A stretch of 64,000 bases of DNA, taken from the NCBI RefSeq assembly GCF_963921235.1, contig NC_086106.1:25916001-25980000 (forward strand), in the 5' to 3' direction. Of this stretch, positions 21,587-31,692 are shown one piece after another. Numbering within the stretch: the stretch's first letter is position 1; each line of letters starts with the position of its first letter. Source of the DNA: Mobula hypostoma. Taxonomy: Eukaryota. Position numbers and translations under genes: made by a program. The notes under the pieces are model-generated. The model had not been told where the DNA came from and did not search any database. It worked only from the letters and a program-made list of their open reading frames with translations.

Positions 21587-22014
21587 GGCATCATGGCACA
21601 AAGATAAACGGCGGAATCCGACACAAGAGCACCAGAGATGTTCAAATGGGCTGCTTTGCTGTCACGCTGCCAACCAGCGGTAAACCTCGCTGGATTCCGG
21701 TCCATCTGCCCACTGCTATATACCGTCAGCAAATATCTTGGAGATTCCACGCGACGCTGAACGTACCAAACAATATATTGAGGATCGCCAGTGTAATTAC
21801 AGTTCAGTGTTACACTTTGTTCTTCCGCAATCGTTAATTCAAGAGGCCATTGCGTCACCGAATCTTTCCCATTTGTTCCTGCAATAAAAGGACAGAATGC
21901 ATTAATAGATAGATTGGACTTTCTTCATACATACGGAACAGATATAGGGCGTTAACGCAGGGACTCACCGGGCAGCATAGTCAATATAATTAGCAGATAA
22001 CACAGAGAATTCAT
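21587..22014 (-). CDS. Functional-looking TCR alpha/delta-like V segment
   Basis: Leader 22014-21969 MNSLCYLLIILTMLP, intron 21968-21879, V exon 21878-21587 GTNGKDSVTQ..TLNC..WYVQ..DSAVYLCAM. Both canonical cysteines and the tryptophan are present, with a canonical RSS. Confidence 0.93.
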
Positions 22015-22154
22015 GGTGTCTGGCTTCAAACTCGATCGAAAGACAGCTTACTGTCAATAGGTTAATACCCTTGACCGATCTTGAAGAGTAAAATCAGATC
22101 TGCAGCATATTTCAGCTGGTGTAAATCTGGGGGCGTTTCGCTGCCAATGGATTG

Positions 22155-22195
22155 ATTGGCTGTGAGCATCGATCTGCGCAGATCCGAGCACCAAT
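22155..22195. promoter_or_regulatory. Inverted CCAAT-box pair
   Basis: ATTGG at 22155-22159 and CCAAT at 22191-22195, about 140 nt upstream of the ATG. Confidence 0.55.
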
Positions 22196-23404
22196 CACAG
22201 ATCGGTTTCCTTCAGTTCCTCAATATGCTTTTATAAAACGGACGCTCGGAGCTGTAAAGAGCGTCGCGCTAACCACTGTGCCAGAGAATGGTTATACTTC
22301 ACTCTCTCTCTTGCCTTCTTCTTCCAGTCAGCCTCCCATCGCTGCTTCTCTCTCCTCCCAATGTTTATCGCTGTAATCTCTGTTCTATCGATAACCATCT
22401 CTCGCTCGCTCACTTCACTTCTCTTCCATCTCCACAAGTTATCCCCTTTGTCATTCCATCATATCAAACCGCCCATATTCTCCCCCCATTTTACTCACCA
22501 TATCAACCGCCCACCGTTTTCCCTGGATATCACTTCCTCTGCCCACTCGCAAACCGGAATTCACACTCAGACGCGTTTATCTTCACATTTCTACCCTCCG
22601 GCAAACGGGCGAAACGCCACTGAGGCAGACAATAAGAAAAACGTCTTCACTCGGGGGAACGGGGATGTGCTTTCTGTGTTAGTCTCTTGTCTCTCTGCGC
22701 TTCAGCCTTCTGTCTCCAGGAAAGTTGCTGTCGGTTGTGTCTTGTGGACGGACGAGAGTTGGATGAAAAAATTGCAGATGCTGAAAATCCAACGCAACTC
22801 ACAAAACTCTGGAGGAAGTCAGCAGGTCAGGNNNNNNNNNNNNNNNNNNNNNNNNNNNNNNNNNNNNNNNNNNNNNNNNNNNNNNNNNNNNNNNNNNNNN
22901 NNNNNNNNNNNNNNNNNNNNNNNNNNNNNNNNNNNNNNNNNNNNNNNNNNNNNNNNNNNNNNNNNNNNNNNNNNNNNNNNNNNNNNNNNNNNNNNNNNNN
23001 NNNNNNNNNNCTCCTTTGCACGGATTTCCTGTGTTTTCTTTGTTAGGCATTGTCCAATGTAAATATATCACGCTTTTAGGCAATACTCATTATTTCTCGC
23101 TGCACACTCTTGGAGAAAGCGGCCAAGGACAATGTCAGGCAAGGTTGTCAATCGTGGTATACCGTTGCAGCAAAAGAGGGTGGGTGAGAGCACATTGTGG
23201 TATCCCGGAGATGCATTTTAAAGTTACAGTTTAGGTGCGCTTTGTAATCAGGAAATGTTCCTTTAGATTCGGCGGCTTGTACTGCTGATTCACGCACACT
23301 TAAGGAGGACACGTCACCATGGCTGCTTTCTCGGTGCGCCCCTTCCGGTTTCACGGAAAGAAGACGTCCTGCAGTGAGAGCTTTTTGCATTATAGAGGAC
23401 CAGT

Positions 23405-23823
23405 TTAACACAAATGCCGGAATTCAACATAAGAGCTTGAGCGCTATGCAATTGAGCTGTCCAGCTGCCTTTAGGCAAACTAGTGATAAATCTCACTGGG
23501 CAATCTGGATGCCCCTCCATTACTGCTGTACTATAATTTGCTTCAGCAAATAATTTGGAGTTTCTCCACAATGTTGAATGTTCCAAAATCTATCTGCATC
23601 AGCGTAACTGTAATCACATTTGAGTGTTATGGTCTATCCTCTCTCAGCCGTTCAGTCAGGAGGATCCGGCGTCACTGAATCTTTCCCATTCGTTTCTGCA
23701 ATAAAGGACACAATGCATCAACATAGCTGGCCTGTATTGAACGCCGGGGAAATTCGCTGGCCACCTTCGCAGGCTCCCCAGAAGCACAGCCAATGCAATC
23801 AGTCTAAAACATAAGGAAATATT
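23405..23823 (-). pseudogene. TCR V pseudogene with RSS deleted
   Basis: No ATG, donor GT>GG, TGA and TAG stops in FR1 and a frameshift after YLLK. HPDCPVRF is retained. A deletion removes the end of the V, the heptamer and the spacer. Confidence 0.88.
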
Positions 23824-23866
23824 GGTGTCTAATTTCTAATCTCCCTGCCCCATCTTGTTCTCTCCG

Positions 23867-23897
<31 letters not shown>

Positions 23898-26055
23898 ATC
23901 TCTCTCTCGATGCCAATGGGAGAGATTACTGCCGATTCCTAATCGGGTATATCGGTATAACAAGAATGATTAATACTGACTGTAACTTCGAAATAGCGAC
24001 TGCTGTCTCCTCTCTCGCTTTTGAACGAGCGATATCAGTCTCTCATTTATTAATGAGAGATTGATATCCCTCGTTCCAAAGTGAGAGAGGAGACAGCAGT
24101 CGCTATTTCGAAAGAGAGAGAATGCCTGTGAAACGATGAAATGTTGCAGTAAATAACTAGCTTTTGTTGTACTGTAGACCAAGCCGCTCTTTGTGTTTGT
24201 GGTTGTTTCGATGGTGGTTGGTGGTGGAAATGCTGATGCTTTATGCTAGAATAAGCGAGAGAGGCAGAAGCTGGTTAGGTTAATGCCGCTTGCCGCTGAT
24301 TGTGCCAGGGATGTGACAAGGGACGTTTAGGTTCTTATCTGTTTTTCCGATATTGATGCTTTGTGTTTTTGTTCTGTTTTAAGGATGTCGGTGAAAACCA
24401 TAAGTTTCAGGTTGTGTATTTTGTACCTTCTCTGATTTTAACTGGAACCATTAAAACAAGCTGGGCATTCTTTTCGCTGTACCCTGGTACATCTGACAAC
24501 AACAAATATATAATAAACATAAGCCAGTTTGATGTAACTGAGCGTCTGCAAAGTGAAGGAATATGTCAGGCTGTCCTTCATTAGTTTATAGAACATGGGT
24601 TGAGCAGGAAAGTGATGGTGCTGGTGGCTGCAGAGCGCCTATCATGGCACCCTGGCGATATCTGGTGTCATGTCCCAGAGATTCGGTTCGATTCCGACCT
24701 TCCGATGTGTCAGCGGATACTTGCGTGCTCAGTTTCCACAATTCCCGAGTTGCTATGTTTTCCACTGCCCGTAAAACACGCTCTGGGTCACTCGTGCTCG
24801 TGATCCGAAGATCACCGAATGTACATGTTAAGAAGAATTTGCGAATTTGGACAGATAAATCAGTTGAAAATAAGACCGTCAGATATAGGAACTGAATTAG
24901 GTCATTTGACCTGTCGAGTCAGCTCCGCCATTTCAGATGACAAGGTGTGGTAATGGAATTATTCGACACACTAAACATACAATTAAAATGAGATTTTCAT
25001 AAGGTTGAAATATACCTTTGGAAACAGATGCTATCAGATTGTGCTCCTTCGACAGTAACCGGACGTTCTCACTGTTTTTTCTCTTCTATCGGTGGACAAA
25101 CACAAAATTCTAAAAGCAAGTTCCCATGAAACAACAATAGACTATTCCCACTTGCAAGAGTGGAAAACTGTAGGATGAAATTGAATCTTAATCTTGGTAT
25201 GACCTTGCTCTTTATTTCCTGCCTGCGCTGCATTTTTATAAGTCTGTTACACTTTATTTATGTATCCTTTTATTGTTATATTTTCTACTGTCTCGATAAG
25301 CTGTGTAGTGAATTCATCTGTATAAACAGAATCAATGCAATAATGCGACAATAATTAACAAATTCGGTTTTCAATTTAGATATTTAGCAAGATGCTGCAC
25401 GTGCTGATAACATCGGATCTGTTAAATCTGATCGGGAAACCAGATTATACGAGCAATCACATTCCCATTCTCTCTCTCTTCCCTCGCTCTCTTTTATACT
25501 GAAAATGCCTTCAAAAATATGAATCTCAGGATAGTATGCGGTCACGTATATGTATTTTAATCATAAATGTAATTCAAACATTAAACCTTTTTCTGACAGC
25601 CTGGAATGCAACAACCAAAATAGTATCTGCGCTCTCCAACACGCTAAGCATCCGCAGTTTCTGCCGAATTATCTAAATACTCAGTATAAATCATAAGCAA
25701 CTGATGCAACATCCTTAATTTCAGTAGCATGCCACTTGCAATTATTTGTCAATTCGAAAATGACCAATTTTCACACCCTTTGTTTCCTTCAGTCAGCCGT
25801 TGTACCATTTAAATATATCCCGGTTCCACTCCGTCCTTATTATTTCACACTGCAGATACTTGAACAAAGTGGCCAAAGACGATGTCAAACAAGGCTGTCA
25901 ATCGTGATCAGCCGTTGCAGCAAAAGATGGTGGGTGATTGCACGTTGCGGTATCCCAGAAAGTTATGAAGCTCAGTTCGTGTCCGCGTTGTAATCAGGAA
26001 CTGCTCCTTCAGCTTCGGCGCCTTCTGCTGCTGAATGCAGTGGTCTGAAGTAGGG

Positions 26056-26123
26056 CACGTGACTGTGACTGATTTCCGGGCGCGCCCTCTGCAGATTCCT
26101 CGGAAAAAGGCGCCCTCCAGTGA
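26056..26123 (-). promoter_or_regulatory. RSS-downstream module: two CTCF-like motifs plus E-box
   Basis: TCACTGGAGGGCGC at 26123-26110, TCTGCAGAGGGCGC at 26095-26082 and CACGTG at 26056-26061. Confidence 0.65.
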
Positions 26124-26147
26124 GAGCTTTTTGCAATATACAGAAGC

Positions 26148-26186
26148 AGTTTTTGCACAGACCCGCCGTCCCCATATAACAGTGTT
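26148..26186 (-). other. 23-RSS with inactivated heptamer
   Basis: AACACTG (the invariant CAC is lost), 23 nt, then GCAAAAACT. Confidence 0.85.
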
Positions 26187-26631
26187 GTACCCATTGCACA
26201 GAGATACATGGCAGAGTCCGACACAAGAGCATCACGGATATTCAATTGAGACGTCTTGCTGCTTTTCTGTAAAGTAGCGGTAAACCTCTCTGGGCAATCA
26301 GAATGCCGCTGCGTTTCTCCTGTGCTATATAGCTTCAGCAAATAATTTGGAGGTCCTCCACTATGTTGAATGTACCAAAAGATATATGGATTATCGTAAG
26401 TATAATTATAGTTCAGTGTTATGTTCTGTCCTTCTTTGGCAGTTACATCGGGAGGATCCTGCGTCACTGAATCTTTCCCACTCGTTCCTGCAAGAAAGGA
26501 CAGAATACATCAACAATACATCAGCCATCAGCTGGCTTGTATCGAATGCCGGGCAAACTCGCTAGCCAGCTTCGCTGAGACTCACCAGGCAGCACAGCCA
26601 ATGAGATCAGCAATGAACAGAGGGAAATCAT
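26187..26631 (-). CDS. TCR alpha/delta-like V ORF, probably non-functional (first Cys>Tyr, dead heptamer)
   Basis: Leader 26631-26586 MISLCSLLISLAVLP, intron 26585-26488, open V exon 26487-26187 with TLNYNY in place of TLNCNY. Confidence 0.9.
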
Positions 26632-26887
26632 GCTGTCTAATTTCTGGCTGAATCGAACGGCAGATCTCTTCCAGGGCGTTGTTATAACAACAGATATTGC
26701 GGTAGGAGATAGGTTCAGCGATACTTTTCACCTTGTGTAAAACTGGAGGTGTTTCTCTGGTTAAAAGATTGGCTGACAGAAAGAACCGAGCCTTCGAGAG
26801 CACGAATCAGTAGCTGCTTTGTATCCAATCGTCATTCTGCCTGTTTCTTCGCTCTTACAATGTCCGGTGTTCATCCCCCAACACACA

Positions 26888-26889
<2 letters not shown>

Positions 26890-26961
<72 letters not shown>
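26890..26961. repeat. (CT)n microsatellite
   Basis: About 36 uninterrupted CT units. Confidence 0.97.
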
Positions 26962-26963
<2 letters not shown>

Positions 26964-27856
26964 TTAATCACAACATATTCACATACCTATCAATGTGTAA
27001 TCGATCATAATTAAGACTTTTCACGAGTTCGCTTCTTCAAAATTGACAATATCCCAATGAAAGAGGTTTATTTCTTTATTGTATTTCTTTTGTTGGTGAG
27101 TTATTTGAAGATATATCCTACAGTACGGCCTTAAGTCAATATGTTTCAATCTTCCAGCATTGAACTACTTATTCAAATATCAGCAAGAATTCATCTAGGT
27201 ATTTCCTAATCTTTATTTGCTGCCGGGGTGCCAATTTCTTATCTACGTCAATAGACTCCCGGCAGCACTTTCTGTGTAGCCGTCACTTTTTTCGTAAAAA
27301 AAAACCCAACATCTGGCATCTCCCTTGTAATTTCTTCCATTCGCCTCAAGATATCATCCTCTCGCATGAGCCATTTCCACCCTGAGGTCAAAGCGCTAGT
27401 TGTCCACTTTATTATGCCCCTTATCATATCATACACAGCTGTTAAGTTACCCCTTTCCTTCCGTCGTTCCAAAAAGAAACGTCCTTGCTCCCAGAAACTG
27501 AAACGTCCCGTGGAATATAAATGCACTTGGGGGATGTGTAACTCAATTTCAACATTACGATTCGTTTTCCTTTCATCGTCGATGAAGAACGATAAATCTT
27601 TCACAGACGATTCTGCAAAAGAGTAGCAAAATGACTGAACACTCAATGCTCCCATTGCACATGTGAGTCACCCACTCACTATTTGTGCAAAGGTACGCCG
27701 GGCAGCATAACCCATATTGTCGGCAAGGATCTGGAATCACATATAGTCTACTTTCAGGCGAGATCTAAGCAAGTTTACATTCAAGAAACTAATGCAACAG
27801 ACTGGCGAAAATTATGTCAAATACGCTACACCCTTCACTTTGTGAGAAACCTCCGT

Positions 27857-29012
27857 TTTTGCAAGGGGGCGTTTAAGGAGCCGACCCAAATGCAAGACAC
27901 AGACACCGAAGTACTAGGAACGGGACTACGATTACTAAGAATGCAATGGAAGTCGGGAAGCAGGGATTGATCAGAGGGTAATCGAGGAAAGAGCAAAGCG
28001 TAAGCGGGAAGAAGCGTACCTGGACACGGACACAGGCCCTGGACTAGACTAGAACTAGGAGCACGGGGTCCGGACGTGGAACTTGGAACAATGAGCCTGG
28101 ACTAGGAACTCGGAACTCCGGAACCAGATTCTGGACAGGGTCTCCGATCCGAAGTCTTGACTGGGACTCGGAACCTCGGTCTTGAATCGGACCAAAAACC
28201 CAGGCCGAGGCTAGTTCTCGGGAGGAGGATTTGGATCGGACTTGAAACTCGACTGGGACTTGGATCGGAATTGAAACTCGACTGGGAGCTGGAACACGAG
28301 TTCTTGACTTGGACTGGACTGGAACATGAAGCCTTGACGTGGACTGGACTAGAACACGAAACACAGAGCCGAGACCCCTCCTTGGAAACAGGACATGGGG
28401 CCGGGACTCTACTTAGACACGGAACACAGAGCCGGGACCCCTCCTTGGAAACAGGACATGGGGCCGGGACTCTACTTAGACACGAAACACAGAGCCGGGA
28501 CCCCTCCTTGGAAACAGGACATGGGGCCGGGACTCTACTTAGACACGAAACACAGAGCCGGGACCCCTCCTTGGAAACAGGACATAGGGCCAGGACTCTA
28601 CTTATACACGGAACACTAAAAACGAAGAGACAGATCTCCACTCAAGGTAGCGGCAAACCGCCGGACCTACCTAGCGAAGGCGAGGACACGAAGAGACAGG
28701 ACCACACAACAATAGACTGTTCCTTCTATTGACGCGACAAGGCTCCAGTCTCACTCCGGCAGGTTAACTTGACGGGGATTCTGCCAAAGTCAGAGACGAG
28801 GTACAGACGAGGTAGAGACGAGGTACAGACGAGGTAGAGACGAGGTAACTCACGGGGTTCTGGCGGGGACGGTCCAGCCACTATCGCTGGACCGCAGAGC
28901 TATTTATGTTGCCAGTCCGAGACGAGAAACAGTTGCCTTAATTAAGGCTCCCAAGGGAACAAAGGAAAAACGGAATAACCGCAGTACGGAATCAACGGAG
29001 CGGACCGTGACA
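27857..29012 (-). mobile_element. Solo Gypsy-type LTR with 5-bp TSD
   Basis: Starts TGTCACGGTCCG at 29012. TSD TCCGT at 27852-27856 and 29013-29017. Its 3' end (TGTCTGTGTCTTGCATTTGGGTC) is shared with the LTRs at 12-15 kb. Confidence 0.8.
28352..28615. repeat. 63-bp tandem repeat, about 4 copies, inside the solo LTR
   Basis: ACACAGAGCC recurs at 28361, 28424, 28487 and 28550. Confidence 0.93.
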
Positions 29013-29302
29013 TCCGTAAATTCCTCTGCTAAATGGGAACTGAGCTGGGAAAGTCAGAGCTGAGCCTATTTAGCCAGCGATGTGAAAGGAACTACAACAC
29101 TGTCAGTTTCTTAATAATTTACTCTAATTCTAATGTATTTGTCGATCTCACACTTCTGTCCTTCGTTGTCCTTTAAATGGCACTTCATTTCTAGCAATGG
29201 ATCTCCGTCCTTGGTCCGTCTTTCTTTACTCTCTTAAATTTACGTCACCATGTCACTCTGTGTCTGTCTCTGTATTTCAATTTAGTATTTTATTTGTCTA
29301 TC

Positions 29303-29349
<47 letters not shown>

Positions 29350-29806
29350 TACAAGATGCCAGACCACTCGGTATTCATTGTCATTCCGAAAAAAAAATCA
29401 ATTGTTCTCCACTTTTAAGAAACTAATGTTAATAGAGCGAACCTGAAATTTATCTTCATCAGAAGGATTTACATGACAGCTTAGCCGATGCTGTCTGGTC
29501 ACATGCACCCTCCGTATCTCCAGGTTGCACTCATCTTCACTGTTAATCGCTCAGGCCAGTCAAACATTATGTCCATCCAAATGTTAACCGCACAATGTTG
29601 TTATAGGCAGCAGACACACAATATTGTTATGGACACTGAGATATAGTGAAAAATGTTTCGGAAAAATGCCACGGTAATCCGAGGTAAAGCTGAATTCAAA
29701 AGTGTTCCTCAATGTTTGGCGTATGTTGCTGCTGAATGCGGCAGTTTAAGTCGACCACGTGATCCTTATGCTTTGTGCGTGCGGCTGTTCCAGTCTCCCA
29801 GCTATG

Positions 29807-29820
29807 GCGCCCTCTAGTGA
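29807..29820 (-). promoter_or_regulatory. Near-consensus CTCF-like motif beside a pseudogene RSS remnant
   Basis: TCACTAGAGGGCGC matches 13/14 to CCRCYAGRKGGCRC. CACGTG lies at 29756-29761. Confidence 0.7.
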
Positions 29821-29851
29821 TCACGAATCCGGACCCGCTGTACCCCTGCAG

Positions 29852-30289
29852 TTCTGTACGGTGCTTTGCACAGTGCTCTACACCAGATTCTGGGACCAGA
29901 ACTCCAGATATATATAAATGAGCGGACTCTGCCTCCGTGCATATCAGCTGAAAATCTCACCGAACATACTGGAGGTTGCACCAGTGTTCCTGAGCCATAT
30001 ACCTTCAGCATTTATTTTTCGAGATATTCCGCGATGCTGAGCGTATCAAAAATACTTGCATTAATTCTTGTGTAATTTCAGTTTTAGTGTTATGAGCTGA
30101 CTTTCGTCAGCCCTTAATTTGGCAGCGTCCTAGATCACTGAACCTTTCTCTCTCGTTTCTTCATTAAAGGACAAAATGCACTAATATCCCTGACTTGCAC
30201 TGAACTCACGTGGCGCTCCATGGTCATATGTGCAGCGTCCTGCCTGTCAGAATGACGAATGTAATGAATACAAAACAAAGGGAGCACAT
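29852..30289 (-). pseudogene. TCR V pseudogene
   Basis: 46-nt leader 30289-30244 MCSLCFVFITFVILT with GC donor. Exon from 30158 has a TAG, frameshifts, MLKVYGSG..PPVCSVRF and ISGVLVPESGVEHCA. The heptamer is TACAGAA and the nonamer is lost. Confidence 0.85.
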
Positions 30290-31345
30290 TCTTCTGACTT
30301 CCGCCTCGATAGGACGGTAGATAACTTCCAAGAAATTATCACTATGGAAGATATTAGGGAGAAAAATCGTATAAAAAATAGATTTCACAGTTCCCTGCTC
30401 AACGATTGGTAGATAAAACGAAGCCTAGGCTCGATGAACACGAAAAAGAATCGGATTTCGTTGATTTCCGCCCTCTGCCTTTTCCCCCACACACTATAAA
30501 TCTTTCTCCGCATCTCTCTCTCCTTTTCCCTTCTCTCTCTCCACTCCCTATCTCTCTCCATCTATTTATCTATCTTTCTCTCCTTCACGCTCTTTCTCTC
30601 TACCTCTCTTTCTTACACAGCTTCTCTCTCTCCGCCTTCTTCTCTCTCTCTCGCTCTCCTTCCGAACATTGATTTCTATTTATCTGCCTCTTTTGTTCGC
30701 TCCGTGAATTCATTCTCGCCTCCTTTGCCTCTGCTCTCTCCCTTCTCACAGCATGTCACTCCACGCTAACCAGCGTATTACTGAGTCATCTACCATGTCA
30801 TGACTTTCTACTGCTCCTGCTATCTATCTTATCAATAGCCTTTTCGGTTATTGACGAAATACCTTTCAATATATCATCTATCTATCCAGATATTCCTTAT
30901 CAATAGCACAACAAATATTTACTCCCTAATATTTTTCCATAAGTGAGCCAATCTCCTATCCATTGCAATAAACTCAATTGAAAATTTATTTTCTGCAGTT
31001 GCCTTCGGCCTCACATCTTAATTGCTCCTTTCTCAGAATGTGAAGACCCTGGAAGTCCAGTTCCCCGTGTACCATGAAGGAAATCTTGTGAAGTGATCAA
31101 AGTCGTGACCGTGTATTGTAGACAACAAGGGGAAATGAATATTGAGAAGTCTCAAACATCTTTTAATTTCTTATTTGTACCTACAAACTGAATTTAGGCC
31201 GAGACGCCTGCGATCCTGAGAGCTGCCAGATTAAGGCAAACGAGTGACTCTCCTTCGTCTTTGCGTCCATTCCTGATTCGCTCTCTAGTCAGCGCTCTGT
31301 GCACCAGATAGCAACTGTATTTCCGTGTCGATTATTCCCCTTTAA

Positions 31346-31445
31346 CGGTGCGTGCTGCAAGGCAGAAAGATACAATGAAGAGTCCGACGCAAAAGCCTCG
31401 GTGATGTATCATTGAACCATCTTCGATCATTTCGCAAAGCAATGG
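31346..31445 (-). pseudogene. TCR V 3' remnant
   Basis: YITEAFASDSSLYLSALQ (Cys>Ser), then CGCACCG TTAAAGGGGA, resembling the CACACTG TTATATGGGGA of the 4.8 kb V. The upstream part is replaced by a Rex fragment. Confidence 0.6.
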
Positions 31446-31692
31446 CAAACAGCAAAACATCAATTATCGACAAGTTGGGGTGCAGAAAAGAAACAGAGAT
31501 GATGCTATGAATACAGTCTCATCAGTGTCAGCAAAACAAATGAACTTTTCATTGACTTCAGAAAGGGAGAGGGCAAGCAAAAATAGCCAATAACTTATTC
31601 AGGTTCAACACGTAGGCGCCATGGCCAAGGAAGCTCAAAAATGCCATCAAGACCTCAGTTGGCAAAACAAAATTCGCATGTCCCCATTGACC

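Noticed and set aside
28352-28615. Regular repeats as a CRISPR array or coding repeat
   Set aside because: They are head-to-tail units with no unique spacers, inside an LTR in vertebrate DNA.
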